DNA of 64,000 nucleotides from Octopus sinensis (lineage: Eukaryota). The notes below the pieces were generated by a model. It ran no database searches. It was given only the letters and a program-made list of their open reading frames with translations, and was not told the origin of the DNA. The stretch is taken from NCBI RefSeq assembly GCF_006345805.1, contig NC_042998.1, positions 558,001 through 622,000 of the forward strand, read 5' to 3'. A program made the translations under genes and the position numbers. Below, piece after piece: positions 1-12,559 of the stretch; the first letter of the stretch is position 1, and every line of letters starts with the position of its first letter.

Positions 1-374
1 GAGGCTCTGGTGTATCCATTTCTTTCTTCAACTCACATCTCATAAACAAAAGCCAGCTTAATGCTAATAGAACACTTGTCAATTATAGAACACTACCAGC
101 TCTGCCAATGTCTAGAGTGGTCACTGAGTCCTACAATGATACTTTTTTAGAAGTTATAAATCTTTGCCAATGACAGTTAAGTATTTTAAGTGTAATGAAG
201 CCATTAAGCTTCCATATAGCATATTAAGGAGTTCAAGATTAGGAAATGACTCCACTTTTACAAAGCATGAAGTGAGAAATTGTGACCTTCTTTAAGAGAC
301 TATGACAAGGCAGTTGATTCACACACACACACACAAACTAGGAAGCAGATATTTCTGTATTGTGAAATCTATAA

Positions 375-735
375 TGCAGGCATGGTTGTGTGGTAAGAAC
401 TTTGCTTTCCAATCACATGATTTCAGGTTCAGTCCCCTTGTATGGCACCTTGGGTTAGTATCTTCTACCACAGCCCTGAGCCAATCAAAACCTTGCAAGT
501 GGATTTGGTTGACAAAAACTGAAACAAGCCCATAGTGTATGTATACACATGCACACATATTTATATGTGTGTTTATGCATACACATGTCTATGCGTATGT
601 GGCCACATATGTTACTGTCGCCTTGCCTTTTCTTTTCATGATAGTTGTAAATGAGTGTTACCATCAGGAAAATGGTGTCCTTCATTTTCAATCTTCTGTG
701 AAAATATGTCTGGTTGTGGGGAAATATTACCTTTT
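375..735 (+). mobile_element. SINE family A head joined to an RTE-like alternative tail (degenerate)
   Basis: tRNA-like head (ggttgtgtggtaag...ggttcagtccc), body ggcaccttggg...gtggatttgg...gaaactgaaa, TA/CA tract, then the tail gatagttgtaaatgagtg...ggggaaatattacc, which recurs at 42320-43550 and 51770-52010. Confidence 0.75.
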
Positions 736-899
736 TAGGGGCTATAATAGAAGGCACTTGCTAAAAGTGCCATGCAATAGTACCAACCCCAACCGTGACT
801 GCAAAGCAAGCTTCATGAACACACATCTGGAAGAAATACTTTCTTTTCCAGTGAAAATAATCATAATGACTGCTGAATATATTCTGAACTAATTTCTAA

Positions 900-1620
900 A
901 TTTTAGGACATCTTTGCAGAGACACACTGCATAAACTACTGAAGCAATTAGAATCCTTTGCAGAGCATCTCATTGGACTCAAATGGTTGTTTCTGGAAAC
1001 AAATAACATTTTGTTACAGTGGATGATTACTCAGTATTCTTTTCTTTTGCCTTGTGTTGATATTAGTGCACAAACCATTGTTCATGTCCCAAAGAGCTAT
1101 TTTCCCAAGTTGGATCCCCTAGCATTCTACACAGTAATAGAGCATCCCAATTCATGTTAATGGAAGTGTGAAATATTCAAAAACAATAAGGAATTGTGCA
1201 AAGCAGAACCATCCCTTAGAAATCAAGAGGAAATGAGAAATGTCAGAGAATCAATCAATCAAACAATATGGAAGTCAGCATTGTTAGCTTCAGAAATTAT
1301 GAGGCATTCTTTTGATATAACTCAACAAAATCAAAACATTTCACTTTGGGTATTTCCGTGGGTTGTGGCGTATAGGATATAACGAAATTATGCCAGCGAT
1401 GTCTCGTTTTAAACTTGAAGAAAAAAGGCCTTGCACATTTGTTCTTACCTGTTTCAGGTGTGTATGTAAAATCCGCAAATTTCCAAGAAGAAAACAGAAT
1501 CAAACTGTCATTTGCTTCCATGGAAATAGCTGAAGTGCAATGTTTTGATTTTGTCGAGTTCTATCCAAAGAATGCCAATTAGGAAATCTTCCATAATTTT
1601 AATTGCAAGATATTCTTTCA
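900..1620 (+). pseudogene. Gypsy/Ty3 LTR-retrotransposon integrase (rve) relic
   Basis: Hand translation across frameshifts and stops gives VTVDDYS..LPCVDISAQTIV..VGSPSILHSNRASQFM..GIVQSRTIP*KSRGNEKCQRIN..TIWKSALL, the D,D(35)E integrase pattern (VD.YS, HSD.G.QF, SRTTPY.P.GNG..ER.N). Confidence 0.8.
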
Positions 1621-1772
1621 GAAGCATTTCATTTAATTCAACCTCTACTCTCAACTGTTACTGATTGAGCTTTTCATGATTGTATTTTTTCATTTAGATG
1701 TTGTTCTCCAATTAATATACCTCAGCTTTCTTGGTTAATCTATCAAAGCTGCCCTTATATATATAGATTATA

Positions 1773-1830
1773 CTAGCAACTAAGCCCGGTTTCACCCGGT
1801 CTGTTTGGATGATGTGGCTGCGATCGTTTT
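1773..1830 (-). mobile_element. Helitron 3' terminus fragment
   Basis: Minus strand reads accgggtgaaaccggg (short hairpin), then cttagttgCTAG|t. Confidence 0.5.
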
Positions 1831-2959
1831 TAGTTAGGCATATGTGAATGAAAATTAAGTTCAGACCTGTACATGGTAGCTAGACCTGGTAGAAATAGCA
1901 GCCAAATCTCCCTCAAAACACCCTATTGTCCTACTCTGACAATTCTGCCTATTATGTAGTTTGAATGAGAAACTGTAACTAAAGATTACGATTATTAGCC
2001 CCAAAAAGAGGTGAAAGAAGAGAGCAAAAGTTTTGGCTGACTGTCATCCTGTACTCCCCTTGTTTTTAGTGAAATTGCATATGCCGGCTGTGTGAGCAAC
2101 TGGTTATTTGAATGGTGGAACAAACAGGGGAATTCCTTTAGTAAATGTTTTAATTGATTTTCTCAGTAAGTATGGGGGCTAAGAAAAAAATGGAAACCAC
2201 ATTCCAATCTATGCACCCGTCTCCACATGTATGCCATTTTTCACGCGAATCCACCCAGCCGTTTGGCTGTGAACTACAAGACAAGAAAGAATACAACGAT
2301 CGCCCATGTCCAATTTATATTATAGATATACATTTGAAAAGGAAATCCTTTAGTAGACAAGGTGACTGAGCTACTGGAATGCAACAAGTTTTGTGTTCAT
2401 TTGAAAGAATAATGAGTTAGTAGACACTGTCACACTTTGTGAATTATCAGGGTGCCCGACATCCCCAGATGAATTAGTTAAGCATGAGAAGATGAACTTA
2501 GTGAATTACTGACTCAGTTCCAGATCTCGATAACCTTCTCAGCTTTCATTCTTCATTCAACAACAACATTTCTCAAGGAAACTCTTTGACAAGCAGAAAT
2601 AGTGAGAGATTATTTCACCAAACCTAGCTATCACCTTTTGATTGTGTTGATGAACTTTGTCAACCAAAGAGAAGAATCAAACTACTTGAAAGAATAATTG
2701 GTGATTTTGTCATTGAATTGAAATGTGTAAATGTAAAATTTAAATTCAGATTGGTGTTATTGTAATGAAATTTTTCTAAATTTACAATACCATAGTAAAT
2801 CAGTTTTCTTTAAGGGGGAATGAATGTTTTTTGCCTTTGTTTCAGGATGATAGGGAACTGAGACTTCTGGTAGTTTGGTGTGCTTGAAAACACATATCAG
2901 ACTAAGTAAAAGCATGGATGCCCTCTCCAGCTGAGCATCCCTAAACTTGTGGGCTTGTC

Positions 2960-3165
2960 AAAGGTGCCGCATAAAAAGCACCCGTGCTAGTGCTGTGTAA
3001 AAGCAGCCAGTACACTCAGTGAAGTGGCTGGAATTAAGAAGGGCATCCAGCTGTAGAAACCACGCCAAAACAGACATGAAGCCTAAACAGCCCTTCAACT
3101 GGTCAACTTCTGTCAAACCGTGCAATCCATACCAGCATGGAAAATGGATGTATGATGATGATGAC
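2960..3165 (+). mobile_element. RTE LINE 3' UTR/tail copy
   Basis: aagggcatccagctgtagaaacc...ccagcatggaaaatggatg(gat)n; the same tail follows RTE ORF ends at 20198-20262 and 53700-53880. Confidence 0.75.
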
Positions 3166-3229
3166 TGGACTAAGGGTTGTTTTAGCTGCACAAACTGACC
3201 TTAGTACTTAAGTTTATGTTACTTTTTAA

Positions 3230-3500
3230 ATTTGGTACTTATTCAGTCAGTCTCTTTTTCTGAACTGCTAAGTTATAGGGCTGTAAGCAAACCAACAGCA
3301 ATTGTCAAGCAGTGTGTGGACAAAGGTAAAAACAAAGGCAGACCTACACACAAGGATTTCCACACAGTTTCCATTAACCAAATTGATTCACAAGGTATTT
3401 CTCAACCCAAGGCTATAAGAGAAGAGACTTGCCAAAGGTGCTCCACATTGGGACTGAACTCAAAACCAAAGAGACGCAAAGCAAGCTTCAGAACAATTTC
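3230..3500 (-). mobile_element. SINE family A (degenerate)
   Basis: Reverse-complement similarity to the intact copy at 26863-27270. Confidence 0.7.
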
Positions 3501-4760
3501 ATAACTGATGCATCAGGCAAAGGGTTGGAGCTTTTTTAAACACTTATATTTAAGACAGGTGTTGAGTTGTAGCATTAAAAGTTTATTAAAAAATCTTTGG
3601 TACACGAATCACTTATCATTACTTCTCATGATGTACCACATGAACAATATTGAGGAGAACCGTTGTTAGACATTTCAAATAAAGTTTAATATGATAGGTT
3701 AAACTGGTACACTTATTATCCAGAAGAAACAAGCAAAAAGTAAGGTGATATTAAAGAAAAAACAACATCAGGTGATCTGATTGTACCATGTGAAAAAAAA
3801 AAAGACAATCAGTAAGCTGGACTGGTGTTTAAACTTAACACTTTTGTTTGAAGCTAACGTATGCCGGCTATTCAGTTTGAATGCTTAGAAAAATAACATG
3901 AGAGGGTTTTTTTTTATAAATATCAGAAAATCAGAAAATATCAGTGACTTTAACTATCCAACCTTACCCAGATATCTTCTATCACAATAACCAGATTTTT
4001 AAATATAACCATGAATTTACATATATTATAAGAAAAGCATAAAACTATTGGCTGTTGTCAAACTGGTGACTTGTATAATTGTGTCCTTTCATAAATAGAT
4101 CAAGTTAAGCCTACTAAACATGAATTTGGCTGTAAATTTTAGTTCAGAAGTGTGACACAGGTGTAAAGAGACATTTGTTCTGTTTGTTTTTTTTTCTTTC
4201 TTTTTTTTAGTTTTTTTTTCTTTCCTTCTTTTTGTAGTGAAGCAAATAAGTTATAGATAATATTTAGACCAACCTTGATAACTCGGCCTAAGTATTCTTA
4301 CTTTACACCACTGATATCTTGTGTCAAGCAGAAGATAAACTTTACTGACATGAATTATATATTCCCTTGATTATCTTTCAAAACTTCCTTTCACACAAAA
4401 ATTCCTGCCCACCTTATTTGCATGCACACATACACATATTCACAAACACACACATGCATGCACTCTAATGTGTGTGTGTGTACACAATGCATTTCTGTAT
4501 TTTTTTTCTTTGGACAATGTTTTTATATACACTGGCACAGATTAGATGATACTGTAAATTAAAAACCCACATAAATTGATGAAGTGTTCTTTACACATTG
4601 ATACTTTCCAACATATAAACAAATGAAGTAGGCGTGACACTTCTTTTCCTACTATGTACATCATGGAAAATAGTATTATGAATATTATCCGAGGGCAAAT
4701 AATACAATTGATTATGGATCATGAAATATAATTAAAAATATAATCCATTGCCCAGTTAAC

Positions 4761-5099
4761 AACACCAATTGGCTTTTGGGTACTTGTCACTGAGTCCACT
4801 CTATTGCAAGTACTTGGGATTAGATTGATGGCCTGAAGGATAACCGAAAGGCTGTACTTTCTTCCACCCTTTCCCAATCAGTCTCAAAGGCCCTAGAAAA
4901 TCTAAAGGATGCTGCTGCACTTCTAAGCCAAACACCAATTGGCTTTTGGGTACTTCTCATAGAATCCACACTACTGCATGTACTTGGATTAGATCAATGG
5001 CCTGAAGGATAACCGAAAGGCTGTACTTTCTTCCACCCTTTCCCAACCAGTCTCAAAAGCCTTAGAAAAGCTCATGGATGCCACTGTACTTTCTCTAAT
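4761..5099. repeat. ~170-bp tandem duplication (2 units)
   Basis: Units start aacaccaattggcttttgggtactt at 4761 and 4931 and share an identical 50-bp block atggcctgaagg...ctttcccaa. Confidence 0.9.
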
Positions 5100-5719
5100 T
5101 AAATCATAAAAGGAAATTTCAAGCTTTCGTAAATTTTCTTTCCAATGTTATGTAGTATAAGAGAAAAAAATTATGGGGTTTAGTTAAGCCAAGCAGAGAG
5201 CTAATATATCATACTCAGAACCTTAAAATTTATAAATAACAAAAGTTATCTCACTCACAATAATCTCTAGTGTTGGAACAGGACCATATTGTAGTCAAAA
5301 TATACCATAAATCACAAATTATACCCTACTATTTTAAACAAAGAAATGACACATTAAATAATGTAAATTAATTTTATAAAAATACAGTTTTGGAGTAGAA
5401 ATAATTACAACTAACCCAAGGAAGCTGGTACATCAAGAAAATATGTAAAGAACCTTCTCCTATTTTCATCCATTTATCATGATAACACAAGTTTTTTCAA
5501 TAATATTCATAACCAAAAGCAAACTTTGTGTAAGACTGTTAATTGAGAATGTTAAACTATGCCTAGAATTGAGGAATGAACAGAAACTATGCCTAGAATT
5601 TAGTTACTTGTTAGAAAGAGACAAGCTAAGCCACTTCATTAAAAATGTACCATTAAATTAAATGGAATTGATTTCTTACATAGACACATGATATAAATTT
5701 TTAGATGAGGGGGGAATTA

Positions 5720-6190
5720 CAACAGTGTTTCGTGGTCTGGTACCACAACAGCTCCTTTATAGGATCCAGTTAGCTCAAGACATCATCAGGAGGAACCACG
5801 TCCGGTTTCGGCCCCTACTCCTCTACCGTTTTGACATGCCCCTCCTCCCTTTCGGAGGTGTCTTCAGCTCTGGTGTTGGATGCATGCCTTCTTTCTTCTT
5901 TCTCCTTCTTTCTTCTGTTCCCTGGCCTCTTCAATGTAGCATCAACAAGTGTCAGTGGGTGACTGACTGACTTGTCAAATTTTTTCCCTTTAAATACCTG
6001 CTGCTAGGCTCCAGCAAGCATCCCCAGCAAGTTGTCATGTGACACTGTCTCAACTTCAACTGACCAATGAAGGCACGTAGTCTTAACCCATTTTATTGAC
6101 AATGGAGGGAAGAATCAGCTTTGGATAAATACTCTTTGTTTATACATGGAGGACTTTCACTTCTCATTTGTAGATTCAAATATATACATA
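5720..6190 (-). mobile_element. Penelope-like element (PLE) 3' end/pseudo-LTR relic
   Basis: Minus strand: degenerate ES..MRSESPPCINKE (resembles the PLE GIY-YIG C-terminal E..I...P.LN motif), then a TATA-like ggtatttaaa and two CTGA(A/T)GA...GAAAC motif pairs. Confidence 0.5.
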
Positions 6191-6461
6191 CAGATACACT
6201 TGCATAGCATGGGTGCCATTAATAGTTTATAGGTTTTGACTTGATAAGATCTGAATGAATCCAGTCCTCTGCATGTGAAAAAATGTGAAAAAATGTATAT
6301 ACATATTTGGAAAAGATTGATAAAATTGGGAGTAAATTTAAGGTTTGCTCAGTCAGACTCAACCTAGAGTTATAAACAACAACACTTGATATATAGTCTA
6401 TCCACTCAGGAAGGATTGATGTAAAGACAGTAATGTAAGTTACTGCAAATTGAAAGAGATT

Positions 6462-6670
6462 ATCATCACCATTGTTTAACATTCATCTTCCATTCTGGCA
6501 TGGGTTGAACAGTTTGATAGGGACCAAGAAACCAGAGGATTGTGACAAACTCCAATGTCTACTTTGGAATAGTTTCTATAGCTGGATGTTCTTTCTAACA
6601 GCAACCACTTTAGAGAGTTTACTGATGCTTTTCTTTTTTTCATGGCACCAGCACTAGTGAGGTCACTAAG
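6462..6670 (-). mobile_element. RTE LINE 3' tail copy
   Basis: catcaccattgtttaacattcatcttccattctggcatggg... is the reverse of the (gat)n-ended RTE tail. Confidence 0.7.
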
Positions 6671-7254
6671 TAACTCAGAAAACAAGGCCCCTCAACTGAC
6701 TAAGGGCGTAATATTTAGGGAGTTGAAGGGAGGGAGGGTTGTGACAAGTGTCAAGAGGTTAATGTACAATAAAGGGACAGGAACAGATGTCTTGCTGAAT
6801 AGGAGATACATGGCTTTTCAAGTTGGAAAGAAAAGGGAGAGAGAGATGGCAAAGGCATAACCCCAAGATGAACATAAAAGAGAAAATAGGAATGAAAATG
6901 GTAAGTAGGTAATTTCATGAGAGAGTGAAAGGAGGGTGATAGATGGTTAGTCATAGGGATAAAGGTAGACACAGTGAATGGGGCACATGGGTGGTGGAGG
7001 CATGGGCAATGATGAATATCAATTTGGGATGTTTCACAGGATTTGGTTTGATTCTTTGTGCTTTGAGTTCAAATTCTATCAAGGTTAACTTTGCCTTTCA
7101 TCTTTCCAGATCAATAAAAAAGTATTCAATCAAAGCAGTAGATTAGAGGAACTGTTAAGAAAAGCAGATCTGATGCCTTGCAGCATTTGTTGTGGCTCCT
7201 AGTGTTGTGAGTTCAAATCCTGCCATGACCTACATTAATAAGTAAAGTTGAAAT

Positions 7255-7410
7255 TTATAGAAAAACAAAAGATGAAGACAGGTGTATGAACAAGCAAGTG
7301 TATTAGTTTGACGCTTGGGAAAATAGAAAAAAAGTCTTTTATATTTCGAGCCTATGCTCTTTAACAGAAAGGAATAAGAGACAACAAACAGAGAGAGAAT
7401 GAAAAAAAAC
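7255..7410 (-). mobile_element. PLE-derived mini-element family 2 with decayed hammerhead motif
   Basis: Minus strand ctttCTGTTAAagagcataggctcGAAATATaaaag; homologous to 46470-46638. Confidence 0.65.
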
Positions 7411-7499
7411 TTGTAGATTGTAGATTAATAGGTAAAGATCTGCTTCGATCATGAATGATCATGGGATTGCACCTAAAAAGTTACCCTCTGAGGCAAGGT

Positions 7500-7745
7500 T
7501 GTTTGTGGAAGACCAGCAGTCTCCCATGCATATCAGCCTTGCCTCTCCATGCCACCGGTGTTATTCAAGGGAAAGACAAGATTATAATATATATAGAACT
7601 GGTGCTAGGAACGGCACCCAGCTGTGGAAACCATGCCAAAACAGACAACTGGAGCCTGGTGCAACCTTCCAGCTTGCCAGCTTCTGTGAACTTGTCCAAA
7701 CCATGGAAAACAGACATTAAATGATGGTGATGATGATGATGATAA
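7500..7745 (+). mobile_element. RTE LINE 3' UTR/tail copy
   Basis: cacccagctgtggaaaccatgccaaaacagac...catggaaaacagacattaaatgatggtgatgatg. Confidence 0.75.
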
Positions 7746-7780
7746 AGCTATTTTAGGAACACTCATCTTGGAATTTTGAG

Positions 7781-8100
7781 CAGGAGTGGCTGTGTGGTAA
7801 GTAGCTTGATTACCAGCCACGTGACATCTTGGGCAAGTGTCTTCTACTATAGCCTCGGGCCGACCAAAGCCTTGAGTGGATTTGGTAGACGGAAACTGAA
7901 AGAAGCCTGGCATATATATGTGTGTGTGTGTGTGTGTGCTGGTGTGTTTATGTCCCCCATACCTTAGCGGTTTGGCAAAAGAGACCGAGAGAATAAGTAC
8001 TAGGTTTACAAAGAATAAGTCCTGGGGTTGTTATGTTCGACTAAAGGCAGTGCTCCAGTATGGTCGCAGTCAAATGACTGAAACAAGTAAAAGAGTAAAT
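7781..8100 (+). mobile_element. SINE family A (internal deletions)
   Basis: gcaggagtggctgtgtggtaagtagc...cagtcaaatgactgaaacaagtaaaagagt. Confidence 0.9.
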
Positions 8101-8929
8101 AAAAACATATAAAACTGGTAAAGAAAATGTGAAACTAACTGAAGAATATCTGCAACTGTTTTGTAGTTAAAAAGCCATAATTGACCAGATTGGTGGAAAT
8201 ACTCTTTTTTAGATAGGTTTCTTTAAGTATTAGTTAAATGCAATACATATATACTAAGTTGTTTAATACAGTATATAAGGTTTTGTATATAAGGTTAATA
8301 CAGTGTATAAAGTTTTGAATGTGCAGAATAAAATGGTTGCTTTATAATTGAATATGATTTTTATTCTTTCTCTGTGTGTGTGTATAGGTGTACATATGAA
8401 AATCCATATATATTTATAAACATGCAAGCATACACACACACACACACAGAAGGAGGGGAGGAGACAGAGAGACAAAGGGATAAAGGCAAGGATTAAGCAG
8501 TTTATTGCCAAATAAGCTAAAACTAGTTTAAAAGTGATCATTAACTAAGAGTATGAAGCGAATAGACTTTAAAGAGTAAGATTTTCAAGAGATGAATGGA
8601 GCCACAATGACTAAATGAAATAGGAGGTTTGATGGTATTTGACCTATTGCCTTATCGGTCATGAACTCATCTAACCTCCCACCTCCGACACACACACAGG
8701 TGTTCTGCTGTGTCCTTGGGCAAGACATTTAACACTATTTGACACCAGCATCTCTAGCTATTAAAAACCTAGGGGCAGGTCATTATAGGGAACAAAGATT
8801 TGTATAGAGTAATCCAATTAAAAACAGTGTTTTATATATATGTATGTATATATATATATATATATATGTACATGCATGTATGTATAAACAGATATATGTA
8901 TACATACATATGTTCACATATACATATAT

Positions 8930-9180
8930 ATTCTCTCCTGTGCTTGAGAAGACCCAGCAAGCCAAGTGAGATCATAACCATGGCCTATGCCAGTTGCAGC
9001 ATAACCAGCCCATTTAAGAGTACCCTTCAATCATTGGGTAATAAACTGCGCTTACAAAGACCTGTTGAGGCAAGTTGAGGCCATTGAGGCGGCCGATGAC
9101 AGTACTACCTGATTGGCACCCATGCTGGTGGCATGTAAAAAGCACCATCCGAGCATGGTCAATGCCAGTGCAAGCTGAGA
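8930..9180 (+). mobile_element. RTE LINE 3' UTR fragment
   Basis: gagaagacccagcaagccaagtgag...ggtggcatgtaaaaagcacc resembles the sequence that follows the RTE stop codon at ~53670. Confidence 0.55.
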
Positions 9181-10344
9181 GCAACCACATAATGGTTGCT
9201 CTCAGCTTGTGTAAAACACATTTTTCTACTTAGTAGGAACATTAAGTGCAATGGGTTTTGTATCCAGTGGTGATCATTGGAAGTTTTGAGAGATTAATGG
9301 TAATAAGGAACAGGGAAGGAAATGGAAATTGAATTAAAATCACAAAGAATCAGATTGGTTAGGACACCTTTAAAATTCGCTAAAAAATATAATCTAACTT
9401 TGAATTTTCAGAAATATCCAAAAATACTAAACATAACATAAGAAAGAACATTGTGAGAAGAAAATAAACACGTACTCAACACTGGGAAGGTGGTTAACAG
9501 AATTTAACAGAATTTTTGTTACATTCCCAGAACCCAAGGTTTCATGCTGACAGTATTAAACACTTATTCAATTAGAGTTCAACTGCAATAGTAGACGGTC
9601 ATTTTTTATTTGAATTCTAGCCGATCAAATACTATTTTGTAATTAGTATGAAACCTGGTTTTCAGAAAAGTTTTAAATAATTTTATCAAAAGATGTGTGT
9701 GAGTGTTTGTATGTTTGTATTTTTGTACTTTTTACCGATATATATATTGGCAAAGGACATATGTATATTTCAGAGACAAAGAGGGAAAATGGTTGTGCTC
9801 CCATGTCACAGTCATCTTTAGAAAGGTAGTAACTTGTGATTGGCGAGAGGGAAACCTGTTCACCAACTAAAATATATATTAACAATAATGAAAGAAAAAA
9901 AAGAAAAAGAATTCTGATAGACACCAAATAAGTGAGTCTAATCATTTTTCCCACCTTACAAGGTGCGTAGCAATTTTTAAGAATGAAGACATTCATACTT
10001 CTATTAAGATCTTCGAAACTGTCTGAAAATTGTCTCACACATATGAAAGAACTTACAATTATAAGACAAAATCTGCTGAACTTTTACTTATATCATATGT
10101 GCACTCTTTCACCCTTTTTTTGAATATAGGTGTGTATATGTGCTAATGAATAATGGCCTTCTCCACTATAATCAGACAAGAGTATATATTCTTATAATGA
10201 AATTTTATTTATGTTTTTGAAATTATTGTTTGTTAATTGTTGCCTGATCACTCAAGCTTCTTGCATTCGTTAGTGTGAAACAGACACAGATTGAAAAAAT
10301 ATAATTTTGAACAGTAAAATAAATTTTTATGCATATGAAAATAA

Positions 10345-10441
10345 ATGTGGGTATGGGTGTATGGTTAAGAAGTTTGTTCTGCGACTACATAGTTTTGGGG
10401 GTTCAGTCCCACTGTATGGCACCATGAGCAAATTTCTTCTA
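10345..10441 (+). mobile_element. SINE family A head interrupted by a mariner at a TA
   Basis: Head runs to ttcttcTA, then the mariner TIR begins. Confidence 0.75.
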
Positions 10442-10944
10442 TTAGGTTGTCAAGAATGTTCTTGCGGAATTTTAAATTTTGGTTTTAAATTAGACATTTT
10501 CAAATTAATTTTCATTAAATTATTTTGATTTTATATATCATTTTAAAGTCCGTTGTTTGCTCTATCTAATTTTGTTACTCTTTTTCTTTTTAAATATATA
10601 GGTCATTTTTTCTGGAACGTTGAATACAACATGGACAAAAAGCAAATTCACACAATTTTCTTACTCCAGTTCAAGCTAGGCCAAAAAGCTGCTGAAACAG
10701 CTAGTGATATCAATGATGCATTTGACCCAGGAACCACTAATGAACATACAGCACAAAGGTGGTTCAATAAATTTCATAGCGGTGACAAGAGTCTTGAAGA
10801 TGATAAGCATATTGGTCGGCCATCAGATGTTGAGAACGATCAACTAAGAGCCTTAGTCAAAGCCAATCCATGCACAACTGTTTGGGAGCTTGCTTCTGAA
10901 TTAGACATAACGTATACAACAATTTCCAACCACTTGAAAGAGAT
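10442..10944 (+). mobile_element. mariner transposon, left TIR plus N-terminal transposase (HTH domains)
   Basis: TA|ttaggttgtcaagaatgttcttgcgg is an Hsmar1-like TIR; ATG at 10631 gives MDKKQIHTIFLLQFKLGQKAAETASDIN...QRWFNKF..GD.SLED..HIGRPS...ELASEL...TISNHLKE. Confidence 0.93.
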
Positions 10945-11262
10945 GTTTTGCTTGAAAAAGTGGTAGTCGGTAGGCCAGAGGTCTACTTTTTGGCAGATGA
11001 GGCAGAGTTTTGTAGCCCAATTCATTCAACTTCTGCAGGGTCAATTGTGTAACGTGCAGCCAAGTGTTGCTGTGGAGAAGAATTTGTCCTTTTCTATTGA
11101 CCAATGCTGACTGTTGTTGTTGGAGTTTCTTATGCATTTCATCCAATTGCTGACAGTACTTCTCTGCTGTAATGGTTTTGGCTGGATCCAAAAAGCTGTG
11201 ATGGATGGGACCGGCCACAGACCACCAAACAGTCACCATGATCTTCTTTTGGTGCAATTTTG
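10945..11262 (-). mobile_element. mariner transposase catalytic-domain segment, inverted
   Basis: Minus strand KLHQKKIMVTVWWSVAGPIHHSFL...TITAEKYCQQL..LVNRKGQILLHSN...LPHLP..(S)PDLWPTDYHFFK, a decayed DD34D region (HDNA and YSPDL.P.DY motifs). Confidence 0.92.
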
Positions 11263-11414
11263 CGAGATGAATTTCGGAACAGAAATAGCGCAGTTCAATT
11301 TTCATTCACCTAAACTTTAAGTGACCCATTTTTGGTGGTTCTACGATTTGTTGGCTAGGAGGAGATGTGCAGGGAAGTTAAACACATAGACACACACACA
11401 GACACACAAGTTGA

Positions 11415-11430
<16 letters not shown>
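11263..11430 (-). mobile_element. Non-autonomous Helitron family F, 5' ~170 bp
   Basis: Near-identical to the start of 42382-42983 (tatatataaaactcaacttgtgtgtctg...aaattcatctcgcaa). Confidence 0.8.
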
Positions 11431-11446
<16 letters not shown>

Positions 11447-12288
11447 ACAGTTCACATATACAGAAAACAAAAGACATAGAACAGGTGTGGGAACAACAAG
11501 TAGGTGTATTAGTTTGACACACACCTTTATTTAGTTTTGTGCTAAAACTACATATACACACACTACATGAACCTCCCCCCCCCATAACACACACACATCA
11601 CATCACACATGCAATAAAATTAGTTTATAACTGAAAGAAGACCATAAATTTGAAGGGATGGAACCTGAGTTCAAATCAACCTCAAAGTACAATAAAATGC
11701 ACCCAAAATACTCTGCAAAATCATTGGCATGTGGATGGGGACAACAGAGCCAAGAGGACTCTTTAGTTTGACTGGTGGCATGGCGACTTCTTTTATGTTG
11801 GTGCCATGATAAAATGCACTTTGTAAAGTGATCTGTGTTTGAAAGGGCATCTGACTGTAGAGACTATGCTAAATAATAGAATGTGTGTGTCTGTGTGAGA
11901 GAGAGAGAGAGAGAGAGTGAGAAAGAAAGAGAGAGAGAGAGAGAGTTGGTCTTCAAATCCATCTTGAAAGGCAATAATTCTGAATTAAAAATTAACCTGG
12001 AACATGGTGAGCACTCCAGTTCATATCAGCATGGAAAATGAACTTAAAGCATAACTGTAAGCTATTTTGTTGACTTTGGCCATAGGAAAAGTCAGCCCTA
12101 GTACAGTTTTCGATGAGAACATAGAGGGCTGGGACAAAGTGTAAAGCATTCAATCTGGCAATGAAGGATCTCTTCAATTCCACTGCCTTAGTAATAATAC
12201 AGAATATTAAAATAGTACAAAAAAAAAAACATCAATTAATGCAAAGTATAACTTTTCAAAAGCACTGGTTTTATCAGTTGTTTATCAG

Positions 12289-12329
<41 letters not shown>

Positions 12330-12559
12330 TAATAAAATCAACATTGAGTACAGGGAACTTATTGTGTTTAGTGGAAAATCTAAAGTTTTGAAAAGAGTCC
12401 TTCTTTAAGGAAAAGTTGGCAGTAAAGAAGTTAAAGACAACAGAGGTTTATATCCTCTTAAGTTAGATAAAAACTGGCAACATAGAGGGGCTGAGAAAGT
12501 CCTGCTGTCCCTCTTTATTTCGCTCCCATCAACTTTTTCTTGATGAAGGACTGTCCAAA

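Noticed and set aside
11946-12006. Plus-strand LVFKSILKGNNSELKINLEH ending in phase 1 at G|GTGAGC, superficially Hook-like
   Set aside because: Preceded by (GA)n with no polypyrimidine tract and too short for the homologous segment; probably chance
11997-12186. Minus-strand 190-nt exon candidate (Cys-rich end in the phase-1 frame)
   Set aside because: Rare AAG acceptor, weak GTTAAT donor, no homology
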